From Acidobacteriota bacterium (GTDB lineage: Bacteria > Acidobacteriota > Aminicenantia > Aminicenantales > Saccharicenantaceae): a stretch of DNA of 64,000 nt. The first letter of the stretch is position 1; each line of letters begins with the position of its first letter. Positions 27,288 to 36,943 of this stretch are shown here, piece by piece. The position numbers and the translations under genes are program-made. The notes below the pieces were generated by a model. The model saw only the letters and a program-made list of their open reading frames with translations, was not told the origin of the DNA and searched no databases. The stretch spans positions 6,678-70,677 of the forward strand of contig JAQULR010000006.1 in NCBI GenBank assembly GCA_028749205.1. The letters run 5' to 3'.

Positions 27288-28391
27288 ATGTTTCAGGAAT
27301 TAAAAGGAGTTGAGAGCCGGTATAAGCAGATAAATGCCCTTCTGTCTGATCCTAACATCTCATCCAATCCGCAAAAAATCAGAGAGTTATCGAGGGAAAG
27401 GTCTGAACTGGCACCGATCATAAGGCAATATGAGGATTACAAAAAGGTAATCAAAGAGATTAAAGAAACTGAAGCCATACTGACAGATAATAAATCTGAC
27501 CAAGATCTAAAGCTGCTGGCTTCATCTGAATTAGAGCAACTCAGAGAAAAAAAACACTGGCTTGAGCAGGAGCTCAAGAAACTCCTCCTGCCAAAGGATC
27601 CTAAGGACGAGAAAAATGTCATTTTAGAGGTAAGAGCAGGGGCAGGAGGTGAAGAGGCGGCCCTTTTTGCCCAGGATCTGTTGAGAATGTACACTCGTTG
27701 GGCTGAACATAAGGGCTGGAGGTGGGAACTGATGGCTGCCAGCTATTCACCGATTGGCGGCATAAAAGAAGCCATAGTGAATATCCAAGGGAAAAGAGTT
27801 TATTCTTACCTGAAATTTGAAAGTGGAGTTCACCGGGTCCAGAGAGTGCCAAGGACTGAGGCCTCTGGCCGAATTCACACCTCAACGGCCACGGTGGCTG
27901 TTCTTCCCGAAGCAGAAGAAATTGACCTTAAACTCGACCCCAAAGACCTGAAAATTGAAGCTTTCGGGGCTTCGGGGCCAGGAGGTCAGAACGTCAACCG
28001 AAACTACACCGCCATTAGGATAACCCATGGGCCTTCTGGAATTGTAATTTCTTGTCAGGATGAAAAATCGCAGCACCGGAATAAGGAAAAAGCTCTGAAA
28101 ATTCTCAGAACCAGACTCTTGGATATTGCCTGGCAGCAACAGCAGAGTAAAATCTCTCAGGATAGAAAGAAACAGGTCGGTACCGGTGAGCGAAGTGAGA
28201 AAATCAGAACTTATAATTTTCCTCAATCCAGAGTTACCGACCACCGGCTTGACGAGAATTTCTATAATATTGAAGCTATTCTCGATGGTGAAATAGATGA
28301 GTTGATAGATAAGCTCGTCGTCCATTTTCAGACCAAAGCTCTTGAAGAAAATCAATCTGGAGGGGCTCTGGACCAGCCAATTGAAATTTGA
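27288..28391 (+). CDS. prfA: peptide chain release factor 1
   Basis: GGQ motif (SGPGGQNVN) and the RF1-type tripeptide region RVQRVPRTEASGRIHTS (PxT). 367 aa. Confidence 0.95.
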   Translation: MFQELKGVESRYKQINALLSDPNISSNPQKIRELSRERSELAPIIRQYEDYKKVIKEIKETEAILTDNKSDQDLKLLASSELEQLREKKHWLEQELKKLLLPKDPKDEKNVILEVRAGAGGEEAALFAQDLLRMYTRWAEHKGWRWELMAASYSPIGGIKEAIVNIQGKRVYSYLKFESGVHRVQRVPRTEASGRIHTSTATVAVLPEAEEIDLKLDPKDLKIEAFGASGPGGQNVNRNYTAIRITHGPSGIVISCQDEKSQHRNKEKALKILRTRLLDIAWQQQQSKISQDRKKQVGTGERSEKIRTYNFPQSRVTDHRLDENFYNIEAILDGEIDELIDKLVVHFQTKALEENQSGGALDQPIEI

Positions 28392-29229
28392 AAATCTGAA
28401 TGAACTTTTCCGGGAAACTGCCCGTCAGCTGTCCATTTCACCTTGTCCTTTTATTGAAGCTCGCCTGTTAATCCAACAGGCCTGGGAAATGGAAGAAACA
28501 GAGTTTTTCTGCCAGCTGAACTCTCCGGTATCAGAAAAACAGTTAAAGAAACTAAAAAGCTTGCTGGGCAAGAGGCTGTCTGGCTGGCCCTTGGCTTATC
28601 TGCTGGGCAAAAAGGAATTTTGGAATCTGGAATTTGAGGTCAACCCTCAGGTTTTAATCCCTAGGCCAGAGACCGAGCTATTAGTAGAAAAAGTTTTAGC
28701 TTGGCCTCTGCCAGGTAATGCCTGTCTGCTGGATGTCGGAACTGGCTGTGGGAATATTGCCCTGGCTCTGGCCAAGGAGAGACCGCGGTTCAGAGTTGTG
28801 GCCTCTGATATCTCCCGCAGAGCTCTTAGAGTAGCTGCGAAGAATGCCATTAAACATGGGGTTAAGAATATCACTTTTATCCAGAGCAACCTACTGGACT
28901 ATTTTTTGAAAGAAAAAAAGCAGTTTGAGGTTATAGTCAGTAACCCGCCCTATTTATCTGAAAAGGATTGGTCGGGTCTCGATAGCCAGATTAAGGGTTT
29001 TGAGCCAAGGAGAGCTTTGGTAGCTGGCCCCACTGGTTTAGAAATTTTTGAAAAACTTATCAGGCAATCTTTGAACTGTCTGAAAACCTCGGGTTACATA
29101 GCTCTGGAATTTGGCCCGGGTCAGGAGAAAAAACTCATAACCTTTTTTGGAAAAGACTGGTTAGAACCAGAAATACATAAAGATTATTCGGGTTATCCAA
29201 GGGTGTTGACAGCGAAAAGAGCCAGCTAA
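28342..29229 (+). CDS. prmC: release factor glutamine N5-methyltransferase PrmC
   Basis: SAM motif LDVGTGCGNIALA and catalytic NPPY (VSNPPYL), downstream of prfA. The true start is probably later than 28342 (for example the in-frame TTG near 28381), which removes most of the 50-nt overlap with prfA. Confidence 0.85.
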   Translation: MKKINLEGLWTSQLKFENLNELFRETARQLSISPCPFIEARLLIQQAWEMEETEFFCQLNSPVSEKQLKKLKSLLGKRLSGWPLAYLLGKKEFWNLEFEVNPQVLIPRPETELLVEKVLAWPLPGNACLLDVGTGCGNIALALAKERPRFRVVASDISRRALRVAAKNAIKHGVKNITFIQSNLLDYFLKEKKQFEVIVSNPPYLSEKDWSGLDSQIKGFEPRRALVAGPTGLEIFEKLIRQSLNCLKTSGYIALEFGPGQEKKLITFFGKDWLEPEIHKDYSGYPRVLTAKRAS

Positions 29230-29539
29230 ATCTTCAGCTGATTCAGCTCTCTCCCGGGTGGTTGTTTCTTATGAGCCGGCGGTATTCTTCAAAAGAGGGC
29301 AAAAGTTTGGTAGTTTCGTAGCGAATCCTTTCCCACTTGTCAATGCTTAGAGCGCAGAAGGCTTCTACCACTACGGGATGTTTCAGTTCTTTTTCAAGTT
29401 ACTGCCGGGGTTAATTATAAAGTTAAGTTATGACGATCAAGGTGGGGTGATTATTTTTATCAGAGCTGGCCCCTTTTGGTTAGATCCTGTCGTCCTTGAT
29501 GACCGAGAAATTACCCAGTTATCTCACCTGTTTTTTCCC

Positions 29540-29568
29540 TTGACATGAAAAACAGTAAATTTTAGAAT
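29540..29568 (+). promoter_or_regulatory. sigma70-like promoter for the 29607 gene
   Basis: A perfect TTGACA (29540-45), a 17-nt spacer, then TAGAAT (29563-68), 38 nt upstream of the ATG. Confidence 0.5.
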
Positions 29569-29606
29569 AGCTCTGCCAAGGCAAGAGCCAGGCAAAGGAA
29601 TGGGCT

Positions 29607-30911
29607 ATGAGCGAAATCGTCGACCCAGGTAAAAAGCCAATATCTATAATCCAGGAAATAGAAAGTCAGCTTGAGGACTATCTCCGTCGGCAGAGAGAAG
29701 AAATAGAAAAGGCCTTAGAAGAGAAAATCCAGAAGGAAAGAGAACAAGCCCGCCAGCAGCTTTTGGAAATAGAACAGGCAGTTAAAAAAGAATGGCAATC
29801 TTTAGAAGAATATGGGAACGTCTGGCAGGAATTTGAAGAAAAACGTGACCAGATTCTAGTCAAAATAAGAGAATATCTCCAGCGCATTTTTGATAGGCAG
29901 CAGCAAATCGAAAGCCTGGCCAAAGAGACTTCGGAAGACATTAAAACCATTAATCATCTGGAGGATCAGTTAGAAGAAATGCGCCACAAGTCCATGGAGC
30001 AGGCTGCTTTTTTAAAAAAGAGACTGGAAGAAAAATTTGGCCTCAGAACTGAAAGACCCGAACCGGCTGAAGTTGGAGCTGACCGCATCGACTTGACTCC
30101 TGAGCTGGAGAAGCTCAAAAAGGTAAAAGAACTACTTATTTTAGAAAAAGGGATACCAGTCCAAGAGCCGGCTGAGGTTAATAAAGAAGAGCGGATAGAA
30201 CCGGAGGCTGAAGAGTCTCCGAAAGCCGAACTGGCTGAACAAGAACAGCCAGAACAGAAAGCAGTTGAAACCAATCAAGTAAAACCAGAGGAGTTAAGTC
30301 TAGAAGCTAAGTTAGCTGAAGAAATAAGAAAAAATATAGTTCAAAAACTTGGCAACCTGGAGGAAGTGGTTGAAAAGTTACCAGAAGATTTAAGTTCGGT
30401 TGAAGAAAAAGAAACCCTGAAAGAAATTTCTCCTGGCGAGCTACAAGAGTTCTATCAACAGGAGCCAGCTAATGGGTCTGTTCAGATTGGTTATTATCAA
30501 AAGGATAAAAAATATATTTTAGAGGCTGAAGAGTTATTAATTAGAATGAAAGAGTCAGTTGAGGAAGCTAAGAAACTGAATCATAAACTTACTTTGGTCA
30601 GCGGGGCCAAAGAGCAGTTTTATCTCAAGCAGGAGTTAATTAGCCTTCAAGAAGAGCTCAGACATTATCTCCAGAAAGTGTTAGCAATGGTTGGTAAACA
30701 AAAATTCCGTTTTCCAGCTCTGACCATGGAAATCATCAATGAGAACACCCTGAAAGAACTGTCCGATTTGTTAAGTGTTCAAAACTGGAACTTATCCGAA
30801 GATTTGAACCTATTTGACCAGAAATTGATCGAGCTGACAGCTTCTTTTAAGACTCGAGCGACCCCAGCTTCGATTTATTTTGCCGCCCTCAAAAAAGAAC
30901 TGGAAGCCTGA
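29607..30911 (+). CDS. glutamate-rich coiled-coil protein (hypothetical)
   Basis: 434-aa ORF with long E/K/Q/L heptad stretches and an acidic PE-rich linker. No enzymatic motifs. Confidence 0.65.
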   Translation: MSEIVDPGKKPISIIQEIESQLEDYLRRQREEIEKALEEKIQKEREQARQQLLEIEQAVKKEWQSLEEYGNVWQEFEEKRDQILVKIREYLQRIFDRQQQIESLAKETSEDIKTINHLEDQLEEMRHKSMEQAAFLKKRLEEKFGLRTERPEPAEVGADRIDLTPELEKLKKVKELLILEKGIPVQEPAEVNKEERIEPEAEESPKAELAEQEQPEQKAVETNQVKPEELSLEAKLAEEIRKNIVQKLGNLEEVVEKLPEDLSSVEEKETLKEISPGELQEFYQQEPANGSVQIGYYQKDKKYILEAEELLIRMKESVEEAKKLNHKLTLVSGAKEQFYLKQELISLQEELRHYLQKVLAMVGKQKFRFPALTMEIINENTLKELSDLLSVQNWNLSEDLNLFDQKLIELTASFKTRATPASIYFAALKKELEA

Positions 30912-30964
30912 GGCTTGATTTCTTAACCGTATCTCAAGTCTTTGGTTTTCCTTCAGTTCTAATC

Positions 30965-30998
30965 AACCTGGAATCTGGAAAACCAGGTTCATTTTTAT
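30965..30998 (+). terminator. rho-independent terminator
   Basis: AACCTGG-(11 nt)-CCAGGTT forms a 7-bp stem followed by CATTTTTAT. It lies between convergent genes. Confidence 0.6.
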
Positions 30999-31010
30999 AA
31001 AGAGCCCAGG

Positions 31011-33029
31011 TTAATTGAAGGTTTCGGCTTTGGCGTCTTCGAAATAGCTCTCCAGAATCTGAAAATCTTCTGGAGTCAGTTCTTTAAACTTCAATCCGGT
31101 GTAAAAAGTAGTAGAATCAGGGCTGGTTTTTTCGGAGTATACTACCTCGCTTAGCAGGGGCCTGGCTTTTTTCCCAAGAATTAGGATCACTTCAGTTGGT
31201 CTGGAAGCTGGTAAAGGTTTCTCTGAAAGTATTTTGGCCCCGCCCAGACTGAGATTAATGGTCTTACCAACCCTTAACTGTCCATTATCGCGGAACATAA
31301 TTATAGTTGAAGTGTAATGTCTCTGGAAATGTCTTTTTTCCCGATACAACTTTTCTCGGTAGGCCGCGGTCGGTCGGCGATAATTTTCGGTTTCCCAATC
31401 ACGGGAAAAAGCCACCACGGTATTCTTATCAGTGGGTCTGTCTTGAGCTTCTGAAGGGGGGAGTCTCCAGGTCTCTTTACCTTTGGCTTCAGCCAGGGCC
31501 AGATCGCATTCATGAACCAAATTTTTCAGATCTTCTCTGGTCAATTGACCATCGCCGGAAAAATTTCTTCGGGAAAAAATGGTGACTCCAAAAGACATGG
31601 TCAGGTTGTTTCTGGGTTGAAATTCCTGGTAAGGAAAATAATGATCCTCAACGTTTTTTCTGATTCTTTCTGTTAGTTGGCAGGCTTCTTCCAGGTTGCC
31701 CACTCCACTCAAGAAGAACAGGAATTCTTCGCCACCATAGCGGCAGATTAAATCGTTCTCCCGGACCGACTGTTTGAGGATAGCGGCCAGTTCCTGAAGC
31801 AATCTATTGCCGGCCTCATGGCCATTGCGGTCGTTATAGTTTTTGAACCAGTCTACATCTCCCATGACCATGGCAAAGGACCGTTCTTCTACCTTCCTTT
31901 TACTCATGGAATTGATTTTCTGGATAATTCGATCAAAAAACGGCTCGGCCCGAAGCAAGCCGGTCAGGGCATCATACTGGATGAGGTTAAGCTTGGTCAT
32001 GGCAATACCAATATGTTCTGACAGTCCACTAAGAATCTGCTGGTCTTCTCTGGTAAACCCTTCGGCCAGGGGATTATCCATAAAATGTTTATTATAAAGC
32101 TCGATGACTCCGATGACCTGATTTTCGTAAATAATGGGTACCCCCAGGATATTTTTCAGCGGTTTTTTCAGGTTGTGCTGGTATCTGAGTGAAAAACGTT
32201 TATCATAACTTAGGTCAGCAATATTAATTTCCTGTCCATGCCTGGCTACCTCGGCTGCGAAGTCCGGGGCATCCAGTTTGGCCACGTATTTAAAGGTCTC
32301 GGGATGGGTGATAAAAGTATCATCCCAGATGATTGGTTTGAGGTGCTGGCCCAGAGTCTCATTTTCTTCAATCAAATAAATGGTCATCCCTTGAGCTTTT
32401 AGAAGCTCTTTGATATCCGGAACTATCTCCAGAAGGGTGTTAACGTCATTGGCCGAATAAATTTTTCTGATGATATTTTCTATTTTCTGTCTTTCTCTTT
32501 GATACCAGACATAGGATGCTTCTAAAGAAATCCTTTTTTCCAGCTCCCGGAGGTAATGTTCATTGATCAAACGTTTGATTTCTGAAATTTCTTTAAAAAC
32601 CTCTCTGGCTCTGGCGGAACTAAGAGAAATTGTTTGCTGGAATTGGGCCCACTCTCTTTTTACCCGGCTATGATGAACAGCAGTTTTCAGCCTCTGGCTT
32701 AAGATGGGCTCAATAGGCTGACCTTCTTTTTCCAGAAGGTAATCAACCTGATGATAAACAGGCCAGGTCAAAAGTCTTTGGTAGATCTCAGCTTCATTCT
32801 GGCCAATGATTATAATCGAGCAATCTGGCTTTATCAACTCTTTCCAGAGATCATAGTCGGAAGAATTTGACTCTACGATTATCGCCCAGAAATCGTGATT
32901 AGCGATAAGGGAAGGAATTTCTTCAAAAGACTTAACTACTGTTGGAAGATATTCTTTTTCACAAACACTGACCACTTTCCTGGCCAGGTCAACACCAGAA
33001 ACATAGACCAAAATATTTATCTGAGTCAT
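31011..33029 (-). CDS. diguanylate cyclase with pseudo-receiver, GAF, GGDEF and C-terminal PilZ domains
   Basis: Active site RYGGEEF with an RxxD I-site (RENDLICRYGGEEF). A GAF-like region lies upstream. The C-terminal PilZ motifs are RHFQR (RxxxR) and NLSLGG (D/NxSxxG). The N-terminal CheY-like region lacks the phospho-acceptor Asp (AIIVESN). Confidence 0.88.
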   Translation of the reverse strand: MTQINILVYVSGVDLARKVVSVCEKEYLPTVVKSFEEIPSLIANHDFWAIIVESNSSDYDLWKELIKPDCSIIIIGQNEAEIYQRLLTWPVYHQVDYLLEKEGQPIEPILSQRLKTAVHHSRVKREWAQFQQTISLSSARAREVFKEISEIKRLINEHYLRELEKRISLEASYVWYQRERQKIENIIRKIYSANDVNTLLEIVPDIKELLKAQGMTIYLIEENETLGQHLKPIIWDDTFITHPETFKYVAKLDAPDFAAEVARHGQEINIADLSYDKRFSLRYQHNLKKPLKNILGVPIIYENQVIGVIELYNKHFMDNPLAEGFTREDQQILSGLSEHIGIAMTKLNLIQYDALTGLLRAEPFFDRIIQKINSMSKRKVEERSFAMVMGDVDWFKNYNDRNGHEAGNRLLQELAAILKQSVRENDLICRYGGEEFLFFLSGVGNLEEACQLTERIRKNVEDHYFPYQEFQPRNNLTMSFGVTIFSRRNFSGDGQLTREDLKNLVHECDLALAEAKGKETWRLPPSEAQDRPTDKNTVVAFSRDWETENYRRPTAAYREKLYREKRHFQRHYTSTIIMFRDNGQLRVGKTINLSLGGAKILSEKPLPASRPTEVILILGKKARPLLSEVVYSEKTSPDSTTFYTGLKFKELTPEDFQILESYFEDAKAETFN

Positions 33030-33169
33030 TTTTGTTCGGGAATTACTTTCCCTGTGCCCTCCAGAAACCTTGGCTTAGCTTGTTCACAGCTAATTTACTT
33101 AAATAAATTGACTCAGTCAACATATTTTTTTGATTTCAGGTTAAAAATAATTTCTGGGAAAACAGCTGC

Positions 33170-33290
33170 TAAAGCCGATTTTCTTATCTTTGGAAATTGA
33201 AAATCTTTAGACTGGCTAAGTTGTATAAATCAGGCAGGTTAATATTCAGGTTAGCTGTTTTTAAAATGAAGCCCAAATCGGTGTTTTTTG
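33170..33290 (+). repeat. degenerate copy (H) of the dispersed structured repeat family
   Basis: It has CCGATTTTC (5' arm block), GGAAATTGAAAATCTTTAGACTGG (cf. GGAAATTCTGATAGACTTTCGG) and AAATCGGTGTTTTTTG (3' arm block + T-run). CCGATTT (33175-81) pairs with AAATCGG (33275-81). It ends 40 nt before the gltX ATG. Confidence 0.35.
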
Positions 33291-33329
33291 CTTATGCCGT
33301 AACCATATGATATATTTCTACTTTGAAAA

Positions 33330-34805
33330 ATGATTCATGATTTCACTTCAGGAATAGTCAGAGTCAGGTTTGCCCCAAGCCCAACCGGGCATCTTCATGT
33401 TGGGGCTTTGAGAACCGCTCTGTTCAACTGGTTATTTGCCCGCCACCATGAGGGGGCCTTTGTGCTGAGAATAGAAGACACAGATGTGGTCCGATCTTCT
33501 GAAGAAATGAGCCGGACAATTCTGGAGGCCTTACGCTGGGTAGGATTAGACTGGGATGAAGGACCTGTTTATCAATCGCAGAGGTTTGAACTTTACCGGG
33601 AAGCTGCTCGAGTTCTGGTAGATAAAGGACTGGCGTATTATTGCTTCTGTACTCCGGAAGAAATAGAGAAACGGAGACAAGAAACTCAAGCCAGGGGAGA
33701 ACACTGGAAATATGACCGACACTGCCTTAACCTGCCTGAAAAGACCAAAAAAGAGTTAAAAGAGCAAGGGAGGCGGGCGGCTATTCGGTTTTTAGTGCCC
33801 GACGGGCTTACTGAGTTCAATGACCTGATTCACGGCCAGATCAAGGTAGAAAACAGAAATCTGGAGGATTTCGTCCTTCTTCGTGGGGATAGCTTCCCTA
33901 CCTATCATCTGTCCGTAGTGGTTGATGATATAGATACTAAAATAACTTATGTTATCCGGGGAGATGATCACATTTCCAATACACCAAAACAGATTCTTCT
34001 ATACCAGGCTTTTGGGGCACCAGTACCCAGGTTTGCCCATCTACCACTTATACTTGGGCCAGACAGGAAAAAACTGAGCAAAAGACATGGAGATACCTCA
34101 GTCTTGAGTTTTAGAGATAAGGGTTATCTACCCCTGGCTTTCTTCAACTTCATCGCTCAACTAAGCTGGTCGCCAGGTTCGGAGGAAAAGATTTATACCA
34201 TAGAGGAAATGGTCCAGAAATTTTCCCTGGACCGGGTAAGTAAGGGCAGTCCGGTTTTTGACCTTAAAAAGCTGGAATGGCTGAACAGCCGGCTGATAAA
34301 CGAAATGCCTGTTGGAGAGCTGATTGTCGATCTTAGGCCATGGCTAAAAAAATATGGCCTTTGGTCTGAGGAGCTGGTTAAGAGCCAAAAAGGCTGGCTG
34401 GAAAAAGTGATTAATCTGGTCAGAAGCCGGAGTCGGACTCTGATGGACCTGAGCGAAATGATAGCCCCTTTTATTTCTGATCAGGTTGACTATGAGCCCG
34501 GGGCGGTGGAAAAATATCTTTTGAAGCCTGAACTTGACTGGCTTCTGCCAGCACTGAGAAAGGATTTTCAGGCACTGGAAAAGTTTGAGGCTCAGGAAAT
34601 AGAAAAAATTTTAAGGGATAGAGCGGAGCAAGCCGGAGTTAAAGCGGCAGTTCTGATACATGCTCTCAGAGTTCTGGTAGTCGGTCGGGCTGTCAGTCCC
34701 GGTTTGTTTGAAGTGCTGGAACTAATCGGTAAAGAAAAAGTCCTGGCCAGGATAGCTAAGCTATCTGAAGCCAGAAAGGTAATAAACAAAACAGAGGAGG
34801 GATAA
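33330..34805 (+). CDS. gltX: glutamate--tRNA ligase
   Basis: Class I motifs [10 protein letters not shown] (HIGH) and KLSKRHG (KMSKS). 491 aa. Confidence 0.95.
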   Translation: MIHDFTSGIVRVRFAPSPTGHLHVGALRTALFNWLFARHHEGAFVLRIEDTDVVRSSEEMSRTILEALRWVGLDWDEGPVYQSQRFELYREAARVLVDKGLAYYCFCTPEEIEKRRQETQARGEHWKYDRHCLNLPEKTKKELKEQGRRAAIRFLVPDGLTEFNDLIHGQIKVENRNLEDFVLLRGDSFPTYHLSVVVDDIDTKITYVIRGDDHISNTPKQILLYQAFGAPVPRFAHLPLILGPDRKKLSKRHGDTSVLSFRDKGYLPLAFFNFIAQLSWSPGSEEKIYTIEEMVQKFSLDRVSKGSPVFDLKKLEWLNSRLINEMPVGELIVDLRPWLKKYGLWSEELVKSQKGWLEKVINLVRSRSRTLMDLSEMIAPFISDQVDYEPGAVEKYLLKPELDWLLPALRKDFQALEKFEAQEIEKILRDRAEQAGVKAAVLIHALRVLVVGRAVSPGLFEVLELIGKEKVLARIAKLSEARKVINKTEEG

Positions 34806-34807
34806 AA

Positions 34808-36490
34808 ATGAAAACTCCAGAAAAAAATGTTTATAAACCGGTCAAAGCCCCACGAGGAAATCGCCTTCACACTAAAGGCTGGTCCCAGGAAGGGGCTTTA
34901 AGGATGCTGATGAACAACCTTGACCCGGAAGTAGCCGAGAAACCCCAGGAGCTGATTGTCTATGGCGGAACTGGCAAAGCAGCTCGCAACTGGGATTGCT
35001 ATCAGGCTATCGTTAAAAGCCTGAAAAAGTTAGAAAACGATGAGACCTTGCTGGTCCAATCAGGTAAGCCAGTGGGCATATTTAAAACTCACCCTGAAGC
35101 CCCGAGGGTTCTGATCTCTAATGCCATGATTGTTCCTAAATGGGCTACCTGGGATGAATTCCGCCGGTTGGAAGCAATCGGGCTTACTATGTATGGTCAG
35201 ATGACCGCTGGAAGCTGGATTTACATCGGCACGCAGGGCATTCTTCAGGGGACCTACGAAACGCTGGCCATGGCGGCCAAAAAGCACTTTGGCGGGACTT
35301 TGAAAGGAAAACTGGTGGTCACTGCCGGTCTTGGCGGAATGGGGGGTGCTCAGCCTTTAGCCGTTACTATGAATGAAGGTGTGGCTATTGTGGCGGAGGT
35401 AGACCCGGATAGGATTCAACGCCGGCTGAAAACAAAATATGTAGATTGTATGACCAGCAGTCTGGATGAAGCTCTGACAATAGCTAAGGAGGCCTGCCAG
35501 AAAGGTCAGCCCTTATCAATTGCCCTTCTTGGAAATGCGGCTGATGTTTTACCAGAACTGGTTAAAAGGGGAATCACACCGGATATTCTTACTGACCAGA
35601 CTTCAGCTCATGATGAACTCAATGGATATGTCCCCAGAGGCTTACCTTATGAAACAGCCCTGGAGTTAAGGAAAAAAAATCCTGAGGATTATGTCTGCCG
35701 GGCTTATGAATCCATGGCTATTCAGGTAGAAGCCATGCTGGAACTTCAGAAAAGGGGAGCTAGAACTTTTGATTATGGGAATAACATTCGTGGCCAGGCT
35801 CTAAAGGCTGGGGTGGATAGGGCTTTTGACATTCCGGGCTTTGTTCAGGAGTACATCCGACCACTTTTCTGTATCGGCAAAGGACCATTTCGTTGGGCAG
35901 CTCTTTCTGGCAAGCCTGAGGATATTTATGTGACAGATGAAGCCGTCCTCAAGACTTTCCCTGAGGATGAGGGGTTAGCCCGCTGGATTACCAAGGCTCA
36001 AAAGCAGGTTAAATTCCAGGGATTGCCTTCGAGAATTTGCTGGCTGGGTTATGGAGAAAGGGCTCTCTTTGGTGAAGTAATTAATAACCTGGTGAAAAAG
36101 GGAAAAATCAGCGCCCCGATTGTCATCGGTCGGGATCACTTAGATACAGGATCGGTGGCCTCACCCAATAGAGAAACTGAGAAAATGAAAGATGGCTCAG
36201 ATGCTATTGCTGATTGGCCCATTTTGAATGCCCTGCTAAATGCGGTCTGCGGGGCTTCCTGGGTCTCAGTTCATCATGGGGGTGGAGTGGGTATCGGTTT
36301 GTCTATTCATGCTGGAATGGTCATAGTGGCTGACGGAACCGCCTCGATGGCTCGCCGGTTGCAGAGAGTGCTAACAGTGGACCCAGGTCTGGGAGTAGTG
36401 CGTCATGCTGATGCTGGTTATGAGGAAGCCATAGCCTGTGCCCGCAAGAATAAGATCAAAATGCCGATGATTTCAAGAAGTACAAAATAG
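34808..36490 (+). CDS. hutU: urocanate hydratase
   Basis: 560 aa with the N-terminus [29 protein letters not shown] and conserved urocanase core blocks ([17 protein letters not shown]). Confidence 0.95.
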   Translation: MKTPEKNVYKPVKAPRGNRLHTKGWSQEGALRMLMNNLDPEVAEKPQELIVYGGTGKAARNWDCYQAIVKSLKKLENDETLLVQSGKPVGIFKTHPEAPRVLISNAMIVPKWATWDEFRRLEAIGLTMYGQMTAGSWIYIGTQGILQGTYETLAMAAKKHFGGTLKGKLVVTAGLGGMGGAQPLAVTMNEGVAIVAEVDPDRIQRRLKTKYVDCMTSSLDEALTIAKEACQKGQPLSIALLGNAADVLPELVKRGITPDILTDQTSAHDELNGYVPRGLPYETALELRKKNPEDYVCRAYESMAIQVEAMLELQKRGARTFDYGNNIRGQALKAGVDRAFDIPGFVQEYIRPLFCIGKGPFRWAALSGKPEDIYVTDEAVLKTFPEDEGLARWITKAQKQVKFQGLPSRICWLGYGERALFGEVINNLVKKGKISAPIVIGRDHLDTGSVASPNRETEKMKDGSDAIADWPILNALLNAVCGASWVSVHHGGGVGIGLSIHAGMVIVADGTASMARRLQRVLTVDPGLGVVRHADAGYEEAIACARKNKIKMPMISRSTK

Positions 36491-36734
36491 CTTTTTAGCC
36501 TCCAGATTTCCGTGAAACTTTAGGAAGGAAGGATCAGTATATCGCCGGACCTGATTTTTGCCTTGCTGCTTTTGAGCTTGCTCGGAAGCGGAATCAATAT
36601 TCCAGTTAAGAAGCCACCATCCGAACCGATGATGGGATAACCGGTGGTAGATTTCTTCGGCCGGAAGTTTAGGGTTCCAGTCGCTGTTGGCGAACAAATA
36701 AAATTGTGGTAGGAGAAAATATCTCCCTGTGGGC

Positions 36735-36884
36735 GAAAACCTTAAGCTTTAGATTAGTATAGAAATGAAGAGTAAATTCTGTTGAGCTTTTGGAGAGGAA
36801 TTCAGCCTTTTAGAATACAAGGAAATTACAGACCTTAGATCCAAGAGACTTAATTGGCATCGGTTCGTTATTGCCATTTTTTCC
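36735..36884 (+). repeat. diverged long copy (D) of the dispersed structured repeat family
   Basis: It has colinear blocks with copy A: GAAGAGTAAATTCTGTTGAGCTTTTGG (cf. GATGAGTAGGAAATTCTGATAGACTTTCGG), CCTTAGATCCAAGAG (cf. CCTTTAGTCCAGGGAG), and ACTTAA..ATCGGTTCGTT..CCATTTTTTCC (cf. ACTTAAATCGGTTCGTGTCCCTCATTTTTTCTC). Confidence 0.55.
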
Positions 36885-36943
36885 ATTGTCCCCCGGGAGG
36901 TCCCTGAAAATAATCTATCAGATCAGAAAATAAAGCTGGTGAA

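Noticed and set aside
27437-28355. Minus-strand ORFs 27437..27694, 27619..27885 and 27882..28355
   Set aside because: They are antisense to prfA, which has unambiguous RF1 motifs.
29236-29400. Minus-strand open frame LEKELKHPVVVEAFCALSIDKWERIRYETTKLLPSFEEYRRLIRNNHPGES after prmC
   Set aside because: It has no ATG and no RBS (only an internal GTG giving 42 aa), and I recognise no family. It is possibly a gene remnant, but support is insufficient for a pseudogene call.
29678-30274. ORFs 29678..29950 and 29966..30274 (-)
   Set aside because: They are Ser/Cys-rich antisense frames of the Glu-rich coiled-coil gene.
31301-33200. ORFs 31301..31513, 31307..31585, 31818..32021, 31843..32097 and 32895..33200
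   Set aside because: They are shadow frames within or at the edge of the diguanylate cyclase gene.
33030-33329. T-box leader upstream of gltX
   Set aside because: No specifier-loop/AGAGA/T-box (AAUUAGGGUGGUACCGCG-like) sequence is visible. The structure present matches the dispersed repeat family instead.
36473-36697. 74-aa minus-strand ORF overlapping the hutU stop
   Set aside because: It has a TTG start, no RBS and an 18-nt overlap with hutU, and I recognise no family. It could be a small real gene or a remnant, but the evidence is too thin.
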